Below, in pieces: positions 46,014 through 58,090 of a stretch of DNA of 64,000 bases. The position numbers and the translations under genes are program-made. Each line of letters begins with the position of its first letter. Within the stretch, counting starts at the first letter, position 1. The DNA is taken from positions 310,001 through 374,000 of the forward strand of contig CP120460.1 in the NCBI GenBank assembly GCA_034226945.1. The letters run 5' to 3'. The notes beneath the pieces are model-generated. The model did no database searches. It saw nothing but the letters and a program-made list of their open reading frames with translations, and was not told the DNA's origin. The stretch comes from Picochlorum sp. SENEW3 (Eukaryota).

Positions 46014-46141
46014 AGTGGCTAAATTTACGTATTATGAATCTAAAATTTAATTTTCTGTACAAGAAAATCGGCGTTGTTGCTTATTTGATGAGATTGGATG
46101 CTGTCTCTATTCAGAGTTGACATCTTACACTTGATTTAAAA

Positions 46142-48550
46142 TCATTCATTGGGAGCAATGATGATGCTTGACACTATGCCAGGCTTGGCCGATTCGAGTC
46201 GATCCAACATTTGATCGCAATCGAGGCGAGAGACCATGGCATTGATGCCTGATCGGCCTCTCCAGCAGGGGATGGCAAAAGGAGCATGGGCTCTGAGGCC
46301 ACCTTGGGTGCTTTCCTGCAATCCCAACTCTTTCAGGTAGTCATCATGTAATAATGCGACGCAGCTTCCCATTTGTACTTTAGATATATACTCAAGAGCT
46401 TGTTTGCTGGAAAATTGTATTCTTCGAGGTGCTTTGCGCTCTCCTGTCTGCATTGGTTCTGTTTGTGGTTTTGAATCATCATCACCTGGGGATTGTGTTT
46501 TGTAGCTCTCTGGGAGATCAACCGTTTTATCGCGCAGCAGTCCGATGAATTCTTCTATACTTGGATATAATATCTGTTTTGTAATGTATGGGAGAATTGA
46601 ATGAAGCCCTTCCTGGCATATTCTATAGATACAGTTGATCATGCCGTCTCTGCCTTCATGTCTCTCAAAAATCTTCAGGCCACAAAACACAACCTTGAGG
46701 CTTTCCTTGGCATCCATCTGCAGTAATAATTTTACTCCAGGGCTTATATATGCGAGCTTTTTGGGTTTTGTTTCGAATGTTCGTGAAATCAAGGAAGAGA
46801 GGACTGGGCAGTCATCTGAGATGCCGTAAAACGTTTTCATTGAAGTCAAATGTTCCTCTTCAAAGAAAGGCACCATTGGGTCCACACCTTTCCATCCCCT
46901 ACGGTTGCTATTATTGTTATTAGAACTATCAGTATTGCGTGTACCACCACCTCTGACGCCCCAGGGAGGCAGACTCGTTTTCTTGACGTCTGCTGTTATA
47001 TCTGTGTCTGCATGTTTCTCGGATTTCACTTCAGATTTTTCAGTTGTATCCTTCTCAACCTTTTTATCTGACCCATAGAGTCCTAATGTCATAGAAACGC
47101 AACTTCCGCAATCAGAGCCACGTACGGCAAGGGACACTTTGATGCGCCTTTTAGGTGCCCATGACCTCCTGCGGCGAGCTGGATATGCAACTGGTGGCAT
47201 AACCTTTGTCTTCTGAAGCACTGCCACAAAAAATCCACCAGTATCTTGATGATGAGGCAAAAAGCGCATTGCAAATGGTAGATTGAGTTCCTCCTCATCT
47301 CCCTTGGGAAACATTGTATCCTCAATTTTAGGCGCATTCTCTGCATCAGCAAATGTCTTGTACCATCCATCTCTATCCCTCACACTCCAGTTGACCATAC
47401 CCTTCTCAAACTTCAACTCTTTCGTCATATGAGACATATCAACCAGTTCAAGAGCACCATGTGTCCGTCGAAGAAGTTCTGCCACAACAGCTTCATCTTC
47501 AATTGGATTAAATGTGCATGTTGAATAGACCATTCGCCCCCCTACTTTCAACAACTCTGCGCCTCGTAAAGCAATTCGTAACTGCAAAATATGCAAACCA
47601 TTTCCATTGGCGATGCTCCATTTCTTCCAAATATCTGGCTGCTTCCTCACAGTACCATCTCCGCTACATGGGACATCACACAGTATCCTATCATACATGA
47701 CATTCTTATCATTTGAATTTGGATCAGAATCCTGAACCGAAGGAAATATCTGAGCTTCGTGATTTGTCACAACAATTGACGGGCTTTTCATCCTTTGAGA
47801 TTGATGTGTAAGCATGTTGCACCTCATCATATCACTGTCATTTGCAACCACAACTCCGGTGGGCTCTTGGCCACCCTGATGCAACGCTTCAAGCAGCTGA
47901 AACGTTTTTGAGCCTGGAGCGGCACACATATCGAGTACACGGTGATGTGGTTGAACATCTAAAAATAAGGGAGGAATCATGGAAACTGCCTCTTGTCTCG
48001 TGATTGCTCCAGTGTCGGTTTCCCTCTTCATAAACTCGTGCACATCTTTGAGGGCATCGATTCTCCTCAAATGATATCTACTAAAGTTCATTTGCCATGC
48101 CAGCTTGTCAGGGTACCATGGCAATGGCTTTGGTGGTTCAATCACCTCTCCATCAATCTCAAGAGGGCCGTTTGAAAATCGTGACATGAAATCCTCCTCA
48201 AGCTTTCTCCTCAAATCGTTGGCAAACCTACCACTCCCATTAATTCGAAACGTCATTGGCAAATGACTTTTAAGAGAGGTCATGAACGCATCCCATTGAT
48301 CATCCGGGCACACTTTTTGCACCTTGTAGTACTCTTCAAATTCATCATTCCCAAAGTCTTCTTTTGTAGTCCAGTTGGCACTATTCTCTCGAGCTCGCTT
48401 CCCACGACGACCACCTCCTCCTTTCTACAAGGTTATAATTAACCAATGACACTATAGTATACATTCATCTGCTCGCATCCTTTGCCATGGAGCGTCGGTA
48501 TCATGCCAAGTCACACAAGAAAAACACACCTTTCCTCCCCTTTTTCCCAT
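46142..48550 (-). CDS. TRM4: tRNA (cytosine-5) methyltransferase NSUN2/Trm4; exons 48550-48530 and 48424-46142
   Basis: RQEAVSMIPP, DMCAAPGSKT, CDVPCSGDG, YSTCTFNPIEDE, HQDTGGFF. Confidence 0.95.
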
Positions 48551-49407
48551 GATAATGGCAATAAAATATATCAATTACACTGCATACGTATTCAAAAAGG
48601 TTTCAGTTCCTATATAGTAGCAAAGATCGGATCAAAACGACAGCAGCATTGCGGGGGCCATGCACACATGCATTTGTCTCTCACACACACCTACCGATAC
48701 AGCGACTATTCGATTCGTACGTAATACTTCTGATTGAATTAAGATAGGGGCACATATTATGTATGACTCAAATGGATGATTGCTCCTAGCAGGACAAGCT
48801 TGATGATGCCCTCATCAAGTTGAGGGAGATTGCATTGCTGTTGTTCCTGTCTGACGACTGCTGCAAGCTTATATCAGGGTCTGTTGACCCAGAGCCATCC
48901 TTGAAGGATGTGGTATTATTATACCTACCGCATCAAGATCTCAGAGCGTTGATGATGGCAATGGATGCCAATATATTTGTTGGCTGTATCAGTATGTTAT
49001 GCATCTGTCCCCCAATGGACCAATCCTATGTCAATCATGGTCTGCTCCATGACAGTGGAGGTTGTGTCATAATATTGTATCGAGAGCGATTGCGATGATT
49101 ACCCTGATACAGTCAGCATTGTGCGATCCCTTCACGGACAAGGTTCCAGAATGACGAGTTGTACTGGCCATCATGGGACATGTCAATCTGACCTTCGAAC
49201 AGCCTTGTCGAAAGGACCCATACATTGTTCACAACGGATGGATATCTCTCTCCTATCCATGGTTTCTCAACATGGGAGAGATCTTGTTGCCAGGAACAAC
49301 CCTAGGTGATTGAAAAAAGTGTCCATCAGTCACATAGTAGCAGGTATAATTTTTGTATATAGCAGTATTCATGTGATCAAACTGTCATCTTTTCGGAATT
49401 ATTTCGC

Positions 49408-51021
49408 ATGGTGCCGGAAAACAGTCCCAGGGTCGACGACTGCTCACCCAGCGCGGACTCCAAACCACACGTATCAGGGGCAATATTGTCTGGGATACTG
49501 CCTGCTATTGATGATACGGATATAAACTTTGACAGCATTCCAGATATACACGATATTGCTGTTGCACACGTTCCTACCACAGCTGCGCTCGAAAACCTTG
49601 CTCAAGGTACTTTGCAACCCGAGGATATCCATCGGTTGCTTGCACAGGATGATATCAGCGACTTGCCATTGACGAACGACAACCAGATTGACATCCGTTT
49701 TCTGGATGGGATGCCTAACCTAGAGTTTGATCTTCATGAGGAGCCTTTGTTGCTACAACAGCCTGAATTGAAAAGTCCTGAAGATTTGGGGAATATTCAC
49801 GTGCCTGTACCGGGAATGTTGGGTGATTGGGGGATTGCTCAAAAACAGGAGAAGGAGAGCTCTGGGAGCAAAAGCGTAGAGACTGTAGCAGCATGTGGGA
49901 AAGAAAAAGATACTCGTGATTCCACAAGAGAGGAGAAGACTGCAGCAGCACGACAGCGTCGGTACCGGGAGAGAAAGAAGAACAAACAATTACAGATTGA
50001 ATCTGAGGTTGCAGCGTTGCGTCAAAAAGCTGAAGCTTTAAAATTGGAAAATAGTGCATTGAAGCAGAAACAAGAAGTGATTCGCTCTGTATTAAAGAAT
50101 TGTTATCAGGATGATATGTATGAGAATTTGATGGATGAGACACCACAAGAAGATTCCCGGGGACCAGAACGCCGTCTCCCTCTTGAAGGACATGAACCTA
50201 GTATTAAAACAGCAGAGAATAATAGCGTTGGTCATGTTTATCTTGACGTATTGGATGATTTCGATGGGAAGAAGCAGGACAAAGGTCTCAAGGACAACAA
50301 AAGTCAACAGAATGTCTCTCTGGATTCAATGTATCTCGTGTTTCTGCAGAAAGTTGATGCCCTCGTGAAGCAGTATGAATCATGCCCCGATAATTCACCC
50401 GAGCAAAAATCTGTAGAACAAGATCTGGGCCGTTTGTTGGAATTAAGAACCAAGGCATTAACTGACATGGCTGCCAAGCAGCCTGGGCTTGTCCTGAAAC
50501 ATCTCGTGGATGGATGGCTTGGTGAGGTTCTCGGGGACGGCACCCTTGGTGATAATCCTATGACATCAGCATCTCCTGCTTTGCGTGCCTTGATACAAGG
50601 CATGAATTTGACATCTGAACAAATGTCCGAGTTCTGTTGCATCTGGAAGCAATTTGCTCTAGCATGGAGCAAGAGAGTTCCCAAGGACTTGGATAAATGC
50701 ATCTCAAAATTGCCCGGCAATCCCAATATACAGGAAGTGTTTCCTGGTCAGAGCACGTCGACTAGTTCTGGTGATTGCAAAATGGATCCTTTGAGTGCTC
50801 GAGGTATGCATGGAGCATTGGAAGATGCCTATTATTTGCAAATACTTGCAGAGCAAGATCTCGATATTGTGTCACAAAATCAGGCAACCATGGTCCTTGA
50901 GCTTGGACAGAAGATTTTCTCAATCCTTTCTCCGATACAGAGAGGAAGATTGTGGGTACTCCAATCCAAGATTCTGAATGCAAGGATCAATTTCCCAAAG
51001 ACATGCCAACAGGTTGGTTGA
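49408..51021 (+). CDS. bZIP transcription factor with a helical C-terminal domain
   Basis: Basic region RQRRYRERKK followed by a heptad zipper IESEVAALRQKAEALKLENSAL. Confidence 0.8.
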   Translation: MVPENSPRVDDCSPSADSKPHVSGAILSGILPAIDDTDINFDSIPDIHDIAVAHVPTTAALENLAQGTLQPEDIHRLLAQDDISDLPLTNDNQIDIRFLDGMPNLEFDLHEEPLLLQQPELKSPEDLGNIHVPVPGMLGDWGIAQKQEKESSGSKSVETVAACGKEKDTRDSTREEKTAAARQRRYRERKKNKQLQIESEVAALRQKAEALKLENSALKQKQEVIRSVLKNCYQDDMYENLMDETPQEDSRGPERRLPLEGHEPSIKTAENNSVGHVYLDVLDDFDGKKQDKGLKDNKSQQNVSLDSMYLVFLQKVDALVKQYESCPDNSPEQKSVEQDLGRLLELRTKALTDMAAKQPGLVLKHLVDGWLGEVLGDGTLGDNPMTSASPALRALIQGMNLTSEQMSEFCCIWKQFALAWSKRVPKDLDKCISKLPGNPNIQEVFPGQSTSTSSGDCKMDPLSARGMHGALEDAYYLQILAEQDLDIVSQNQATMVLELGQKIFSILSPIQRGRLWVLQSKILNARINFPKTCQQVG

Positions 51022-51410
51022 TTCAGTGACACTAGTTCAAACTACAAATACAAATAATGATATAATTTTTCTTTCTGGGGAAATGGCGCTTGACTTTATG
51101 ACTCTTCAGCAGCTTGACGAATTGTTTGCACTTCTGATTAAAATTTTCTGAATCATCTGATGATATTTAACAAATAAAATTCATAAAATGCTCATGTACA
51201 ATATTACAGACATTCATATATAGAAGGCCCCCCTATCGAATGGGCAAGTTGACCGGCACCAAACTCCTTATATAGATGGGCTTCCATCAGGGCGATCAAA
51301 ACACACACAACCCTTCCTATCCGGATCTACAGCGCGATGCTCCCACCATTGCCACATTCTCCAACACAATAACGTACTTTAGAATTCTTCAAATTTTCAA
51401 TCCAGCAAAG

Positions 51411-52377
51411 ATGCAGGCTACACTCGCTTTCACTGCTCGCCCGTTGGCTGTCCGCCGCTCTGCTGCGCAGACCTCTGCACGCACCACCTTGGTCGTCCGC
51501 GCAGAGAATAAGGAGGCACGCACCAGGTATGTTTGGTATTTATAATTTATACGAGTGATACTTAATGGGTCGATGGGGTCAATGGACGTTCGTGAGGAAA
51601 ATCTCAACAGGATAACCTTGCCGAACGAGGAGACTGTTTCGCCTACAATACCCACAATGTGGCAGCCTATACGATAGAAATAGTTCTATATTATTAACTA
51701 AATGGATACTGATGGGGTTATATGAGCATAGTTTCACTCGCATGGTGGTCGTCACGACCATTGTTGATGAGAGATTGATATTGACAAAAAACACGGCCCA
51801 TTGATCCGATCGTGCGTTTTGAATACATCTTTCAACACATAAACTACTGATATATTGCTGCAGATCTGCCATTGTCAAGCCAGCCACCTTGACTGTCTTG
51901 TCGAATGCCATCATGGCCATGGGAGCCCACGCAGAGACTGGTAAGATTTTCGACTTCAACATGACACTTCCAATCATGGCTGGTCAGTTCTTGCTTCTCA
52001 TGGTATTCCTCGATAAATCTTGGTTCACACCAGTTGGAAAGCTCTTGGATGACCGTGATACACAGCTTCGCGAGAAGCTTGCCACCGTCAAGGGTAACTC
52101 TGGTGAGGTTGCCAGCCTCCAGGCGGAGGCTGAGAAGATCATCTCAGAGGCTCGTGCTGCTGCTCAGAAAAAGGTTGGTGATGCCAAGGCTGCCGTGTCT
52201 TCCGAGGCTGCCAGCGAGCTCGCTGCTGCCAAGGCCAAGGTTGATGCTGAGCTCTCCAAGGCTCTTGCCAGCCTCGAATCTGAGAAGGATGCCGCATTGA
52301 AGGGACTTGACGCCCAAGTAGCAAAGCTCTCTGATGACATTCTGTCTCGTGTGCTCCCAGAGGGTGTCAAGGTTTAA
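51411..52377 (+). CDS. ATPG: Chloroplast ATP synthase CF0 subunit II (b'); exons 51411-51526 and 51864-52377
   Basis: Transit exon MQATLAFTARP..VVRAE; GKIFDFNMTLPIMAGQFLLLMVFLDK; intron GTATGT..CTGCAG splices in frame. Confidence 0.95.
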
Positions 52378-52629
52378 AGACCGCACAACAATTTTATTAC
52401 ACTTTTGAAAGTTATAGAGACACATCATCATCATCATCATGTAACACACTTCTATAAATATCATCATCATCATCATGTATTACACAACAACAATCATTGA
52501 AATTCATGGCAATCAATGATGGATACTCTCCATTAGTATTCATTTTGAGGTGAAAATGATGGCCACTATGAATGAATGAATGAATGAATCAAAGAGAGAA
52601 AAAGAATCATTTATTTATATACTACTCTG

Positions 52630-53967
52630 TTAATACAGTCGCTCCAACACATAATCAACCATCTTCACCATGGATGCTTTCGCATCAGAGTCAGGCAACA
52701 CCTCCAACTGTGCCAATGCCACATCAGCCTCATCCCGAGCAAGCTTTCTGGCCTGGTCAATACCCCCTCCAGCCGCCACCAGATCTAACGCCTCCTGTAA
52801 AGATCCTTCCTTCTTAAACCTAGACTCTATCAACGTCAGCAACCGTGGCCCAGTCGTTGGATTCTGAAGAGCAAACAGCACTGGCGCTGTTAAATTACCA
52901 GATGCCAGGTCCTGTCCTTGTGGCTTTCCCAACTTTTCAGACGATTGCGTAAAATCCAATATATCATCGACTACCTGAAACGCAAGACCCAAGTGCTTTC
53001 CGTACTCGTACATCGCCAACTTCTCCTCCTCTGTACACTCTGAAAACACGGCAGCTCCCCGGCATGATGCAGCAATCAACGATGCAGTTTTATAAAATGA
53101 TTTTTCCAGATACTTGTCCAGCGTCACAGACGCATCAAACAAAGACGCTGCTTGCGAAATCTCTCCATCAGCAAAATCAGCAATCACTTGGGAGATCAGC
53201 TTGATCACCTCGAGATTATCCAGATTGGCCAAATACCACGAGGACTGCGCAAACAAAAAGTCCCCAACCAAGACGGCAACTCGACTACCATAGATACTGT
53301 TTACAGTCCTTTTTCCTCTCCTCGTATCACACTCATCCAACACATCATCGTGCACCAAACTCGCGGTATGAATCATTTCTGTAATCTCTGCCAACCTCCT
53401 ATGCCGTTCTGTCAAATCCTCCAACCCATGCATCCTATACGTTGCCCTCGCCACCAACAACACAATCAAAGGCCTCAACCTCTTTCCCCCAGCACTAAAT
53501 ATCTGATCCGCCGCAGTCCTCAACAACGGATGCCTCTTCCCCACTACATCCACCAAATTCTTCCGGCACACCCCCATATCCTGCTCCACCGGACCCTGAA
53601 TACTCCTGATACTCACCTTTTCATCCCCATTCATATTCAGAGATAAATCACTCAAAGAACTCGCCAACGCCGCAGAAGCCTCCCTCAAAGGCGCAAACAC
53701 CCGCAATGGAGCGTACCCATCCCCACCTCCATTCGTATTACTACTCTGAGCTCGAACCACACCCGGCATCGACCGATGATTCCAACCACCATTCCATGCC
53801 ATACTTCCATGACCACTTCCATTCCAACACATTACTCTACTATCACTCCCATTCCGAGGCATAACACCACTCCCGCGAGAGACACTCTTTTTGCGCTGAC
53901 CACCACACGCATGTGACGATGCCCCGACTGTCTGTCGAGACAGTCCAGCGACTTCATAAAATGACAT
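52630..53967 (-). CDS. SPS: Solanesyl diphosphate synthase (plastoquinone side chain)
   Basis: GGKRLRP, LVHDDVLD..RRG, AVLVGDFLFAQSSWYLANL, FQVVDDILD; transit-like N-terminus. Confidence 0.93.
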   Translation of the reverse strand: MSFYEVAGLSRQTVGASSHACGGQRKKSVSRGSGVMPRNGSDSRVMCWNGSGHGSMAWNGGWNHRSMPGVVRAQSSNTNGGGDGYAPLRVFAPLREASAALASSLSDLSLNMNGDEKVSIRSIQGPVEQDMGVCRKNLVDVVGKRHPLLRTAADQIFSAGGKRLRPLIVLLVARATYRMHGLEDLTERHRRLAEITEMIHTASLVHDDVLDECDTRRGKRTVNSIYGSRVAVLVGDFLFAQSSWYLANLDNLEVIKLISQVIADFADGEISQAASLFDASVTLDKYLEKSFYKTASLIAASCRGAAVFSECTEEEKLAMYEYGKHLGLAFQVVDDILDFTQSSEKLGKPQGQDLASGNLTAPVLFALQNPTTGPRLLTLIESRFKKEGSLQEALDLVAAGGGIDQARKLARDEADVALAQLEVLPDSDAKASMVKMVDYVLERLY

Positions 53968-54506
53968 TTTCTATAGACTCGTATTCCTCACACAAGTGTC
54001 ACGAGGACAATGCCACGAGGTATCGGTCGACGTGGGTGGTACAGTTGTTCTACGCCGAGTCTGTCGCTCAAACAGAGAACACGTTTTGGCACGGATGGCA
54101 CGTATAACAACAATGTAAGAGTACTAGGTACGAGTACTATCAGTACTTAATTATAAAATGAAATACAAGGATGGCGATAGTAGAAGTACCCGTGGGATTA
54201 GTACAGCTTGGCAGAAACGAGTGGAGGACAGGGCATCATTATTCCTTGATAAGATGGATTAGATACGAACACCCATTGTCTTTTTGTTTTTCTTGGCAGT
54301 ATCATGGAATAGTGGAAATAAAATCTTTATTATTACAGTCGTATTAATTAATTAATTGCTGTGTCAGTGAGATATACTTTGACAGCAACAACAACAAGGG
54401 GCTGCTAGAACTATCCACCCAAACCTTTTCAGTCTTTTGTTCTAGACAAAGAGGATTGCAACGCAACATCATCAGTTTGGTGGCTGACGATACTAGTAGT
54501 ATTTGA

Positions 54507-55055
54507 ATGGCAATGATGGTGATGACATACTCCACAATGGGTGGAGCCAGGGTGGCGCAGAAAAGAGGTGTTCATATTCTACAGAAGAAGAAGACAATGA
54601 CGAGATCTGTTGTTGGGAACCTCCAACAGCTGCATGGGGGGTTGTCTGCATCCGTGTGTATCCCTCGACGCCTTATAGATAGACGCACGAGTAGTAGTTC
54701 TACCAGTTGCAAAGCAACTGAAGGTGGAGGATTGCCACCAGAGTTGAAGAATTCGATTGATGATTTCATTCAAGAGAATGCGATTGTGGTGTTTATCAAG
54801 GGGACCAAGGAGATGCCCATGTGTGGGTTTAGTAACACGGTGGTGCAGATATTGAATAGTATGGATGTTCCATATGTGTCTGTGAATATACTGGATAATG
54901 ACATGTTGAGAGCTGGTATGAAGGAATATAGCATGTGGCCAACATTTCCCCAGGTGTATATTGGAGGGGAGTTTTATGGAGGGTGTGATATCATGATTGA
55001 GTCGTACCAGCAGGGTGAATTGCACGAGGTGGTGGAGATTGCTCTGAATTCGTAG
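54507..55055 (+). CDS. Monothiol CGFS glutaredoxin, plastid (GRXS14-like)
   Basis: KGT..MPMCGFS, WPTFPQ, GGCDI; transit peptide. Confidence 0.93.
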   Translation: MAMMVMTYSTMGGARVAQKRGVHILQKKKTMTRSVVGNLQQLHGGLSASVCIPRRLIDRRTSSSSTSCKATEGGGLPPELKNSIDDFIQENAIVVFIKGTKEMPMCGFSNTVVQILNSMDVPYVSVNILDNDMLRAGMKEYSMWPTFPQVYIGGEFYGGCDIMIESYQQGELHEVVEIALNS

Positions 55056-55292
55056 AATGATGACGATTCGATGACGACAATGCCTTGAAAGGCATGGGAT
55101 CATCAGTAGTAGTAGTGGTTTTTTACTAATTATCCACGACTGTAAAGCAGCATCTGTATTGCGATACATTCCATTGTCTGATTTTTTGTGTTAACAACAG
55201 TAGTAGCAGTAGTAGTTAATTAATGAAAGATGCCTTGATTCAATAAAGAAGAAGAAAAAGGAAGGAAGGAAGCTTTTTGAGAGACGAAAAAG

Positions 55293-56918
55293 ATGACAAC
55301 TGTGTTTTTTGGGCGACTCGTGTTGCCTCGTCTGCGCCAGTTCTGCTTCTATGGGGGCTGTGCTGTGGCTATATCATCTTCTACGAGTATGATGGTCACA
55401 TTGCAGGATGATGCTACGGATGAGAGAGGGCGATTGCCATTGCCGAGTGTGTCCACCTTGGTATTTCGAATGCCAGTGCGGTTGGGACGGGATGCGTATT
55501 GCGCTGGGAGTATCCTGATGGATTATATGTGGTCTTTAAGGGGATTAGATGGGACGTCAGAGGCGTATGGACAGGAGATGGAGGCATGCCATGCAAGGGG
55601 AGCTCAGCGACTGTTGCAACTGTGCTTCTCGCACGGCGGTATTTATATCAAATTAGGGCAGCATGTCGCCATGCTGGATCATCTAGTTCCAGATGCGTAT
55701 GTGCGGACGATGCGGCAGAATTTGTTGGACAGGTGTCCAGTGTCGAGTTGGGCGAGTGTGGAAAGGACGATTCGGGAGGATTTTGGGTGTCCATGGAATG
55801 AGTTGTTTGAAGAGTTGGATCCCATACCTGTGGCGAGCGCGAGTCTGGCGCAGGTTCATATGGCACGGGATCGCACGACTGGTGAGAAACTTGCTGTTAA
55901 AGTGCAGCATGAAGATGTGCGGGAGATGAGTGCTGTGGATTTGGCGGCAATAGAGGGATTGGTAAAGTTTGTTGCTTGGATTGCGCCAGATGCTGATTTC
56001 ACCTGGCTTGTCCGGGAGGCGCATGAGAATTTACCCCGGGAATTAGACTTTAGAATAGAAGCGGAGAATGCGTTCGCGTGTCGTGATATGCTTGAATCGT
56101 CTGATGCGCTGAGGGGTAGGGTGGTTATTCCCGATGTGGATGCACTGCGCACATCTCCTCGAGTGTTGACCATGGAGTGGATTGATGGTGTGACAATAGG
56201 TGATGCGGGGGGATTGAAGGATATATCGTGTCATCCAAAGGGTTTGGCGAGGCTCATTGCGACGTGTTTTAGTGAAATGATTTACAGGTTTGGTTTTGTT
56301 CATGCTGATCCACATGTGGCAAACATGTTGGTTAGAAGTACGACATCCCCTCATGGCTGGCAGCTTGTGCTGCTCGATCATGGATTATATAGACGTTTGG
56401 ATGACGAATTTCGAATAGAGTACTCAAAGTTGTGGAAATCGTTGATTTTGGGGGATGTGGGTGGCATTACAGAGAGCGCAACCAATATGAATGCTGCTGA
56501 TTCAGTACCTTTGTTTGCTGGGATGCTCACGCAGCGGCAATGGAGGGATGTGACGAAATGGGAGAAGGGATCATCGAGGTTGGGGTATGAGAGAACAGAG
56601 AGGGAGAAGGAAGAGATCCAAGAGTATGTGGGGCAGCATGCCCAGGAAATTGGGTCATTGCTTGGAAAGGTTCCAAGGGAGTTGTTATTGTTGCTCAAGA
56701 CGAATGATTGCCTACGAGCTGTGGATAAGGAATTAGGGGCAGGGTATAATACATTTGTGGTGACTGCAAGGGAGTGTGTCAAGGCGATCAATAGACATCG
56801 GGAGCAGATGCATCATGCATCTTTCAAGAGCAGGGTTGGCTCATGGAGGGACAGACTGCACTTGGAGATGAGACTTCAAGCCATGCATGCGTATGCCTAT
56901 GTCATGTCATTGTCATGA
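55293..56918 (+). CDS. ABC1/UbiB-family atypical kinase (ADCK1-like)
   Basis: YIKLGQ, ASASLAQVH, AVKVQH, ELDF..EA.N, HADPH..N, LLDHG. Confidence 0.93.
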   Translation: MTTVFFGRLVLPRLRQFCFYGGCAVAISSSTSMMVTLQDDATDERGRLPLPSVSTLVFRMPVRLGRDAYCAGSILMDYMWSLRGLDGTSEAYGQEMEACHARGAQRLLQLCFSHGGIYIKLGQHVAMLDHLVPDAYVRTMRQNLLDRCPVSSWASVERTIREDFGCPWNELFEELDPIPVASASLAQVHMARDRTTGEKLAVKVQHEDVREMSAVDLAAIEGLVKFVAWIAPDADFTWLVREAHENLPRELDFRIEAENAFACRDMLESSDALRGRVVIPDVDALRTSPRVLTMEWIDGVTIGDAGGLKDISCHPKGLARLIATCFSEMIYRFGFVHADPHVANMLVRSTTSPHGWQLVLLDHGLYRRLDDEFRIEYSKLWKSLILGDVGGITESATNMNAADSVPLFAGMLTQRQWRDVTKWEKGSSRLGYERTEREKEEIQEYVGQHAQEIGSLLGKVPRELLLLLKTNDCLRAVDKELGAGYNTFVVTARECVKAINRHREQMHHASFKSRVGSWRDRLHLEMRLQAMHAYAYVMSLS

Positions 56919-56944
56919 ATATATATTATGTATGTACTTACATC

Positions 56945-58090
56945 CTAAAGACGCAGAGGCTTGCCTGGAGGCAAGGCATATGGTGCAACACTACTACCTG
57001 CCGAGTCTTTGAATCCCACTCCCTCTCGAATGAGCCTAGATAATGTCACTTCTCTAGAGAACACTGCTGTATCACGTTTCATATACGGCGTCGCTCTTCT
57101 CGATGCACTCTTATGTTCTTGCAATGTTGCAAACACGCGAGCTGGATTCTTTCCTCGAGAAGCCACTCGTCTGCCATGATCTGGAAGAGTTCTGAACAGT
57201 GGAGGGCAACTTGAGGGCCTCTTCATTTTCAGCGCAGGTCCGTATTTCGAAAGATCTATCGAAAAATTATCACTAAATCGAACAATTCGAGCAGTCGGGT
57301 GCTGCGTGGCATCGACTGTGTCTGGAGAAAGAGAGAGTGCAGCTTCAGGAGTTGCAAAAGTTACCCTTCTTGCCTGTTTTTTTGCCATCACAGTATTTGA
57401 TCGGACGGCTTTACCAATTGACTTTGCTCTGTCTACACGGCCAGACAAGGACTGTTCCTTTTTCAACCTTGGTTGTCGCTGCTCAGACGACAGACCTTTT
57501 GAGCCTGCTGACGCTGGCGTCAGCATCAATCCTGGAGAAATCGCAGCAGGGGTCTCACCAAGAACGACAGATTTTTCTTTCACAAGTGCCGGTGTTTTCT
57601 CTCCATACATTGGTGAACTCTCTTTCGCCAAATTCTCAACACGTGGCGACAATTTTGCAACATCACACTCCTTCTTCACTTCTTCTTCTTCTTCTTCCTT
57701 GACGTGTTCTTCCTTCTTCTCCTTGGCAGGCTCTTCATCTGCTACGGGTAAGCTTTCCTTGGCAGGCTCTTCATCTGCTACAGCGACATTCTCCTTCGTA
57801 ACATGTGCCGGGAGCTCTTCTGGCGGTATATTTTCCTTGTTACTCTCATCATACGCCTGTGTGAGCTTCTTTGACGTCTTCTTCTTCCTGGGCACTACAG
57901 TCTTCTGCGCAACAGCCGCCAAAGCTCCACTCCTCCTCTTCCTCCCACCCACACGATAATTGACAATATCCTCAAAATCATGCATCGCCTTCTCCCCAGG
58001 AGGATGCTCCTCTACCCTGGCATCCCAGTTCCATGGCATCAACCTCCGCAGCTCCTTCAACTGCCTCTCCGCTTTCTTGGACGACGACAT
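56945..58090 (-). CDS. Hypothetical disordered protein with KEN box, RVxF motifs and many S/T-P sites
   Basis: 381-aa ORF; NKENIP, RRVTFATP, RIVRFS; VADEEPAKE occurs twice. Confidence 0.7.
   Translation of the reverse strand: MSSSKKAERQLKELRRLMPWNWDARVEEHPPGEKAMHDFEDIVNYRVGGRKRRSGALAAVAQKTVVPRKKKTSKKLTQAYDESNKENIPPEELPAHVTKENVAVADEEPAKESLPVADEEPAKEKKEEHVKEEEEEEVKKECDVAKLSPRVENLAKESSPMYGEKTPALVKEKSVVLGETPAAISPGLMLTPASAGSKGLSSEQRQPRLKKEQSLSGRVDRAKSIGKAVRSNTVMAKKQARRVTFATPEAALSLSPDTVDATQHPTARIVRFSDNFSIDLSKYGPALKMKRPSSCPPLFRTLPDHGRRVASRGKNPARVFATLQEHKSASRRATPYMKRDTAVFSREVTLSRLIREGVGFKDSAGSSVAPYALPPGKPLRL

Noticed and set aside
48820..49400. Small ORFs upstream of the bZIP gene (possible uORFs or extra exons)
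   Set aside because: Mostly non-ATG starts and no supportable splice model.
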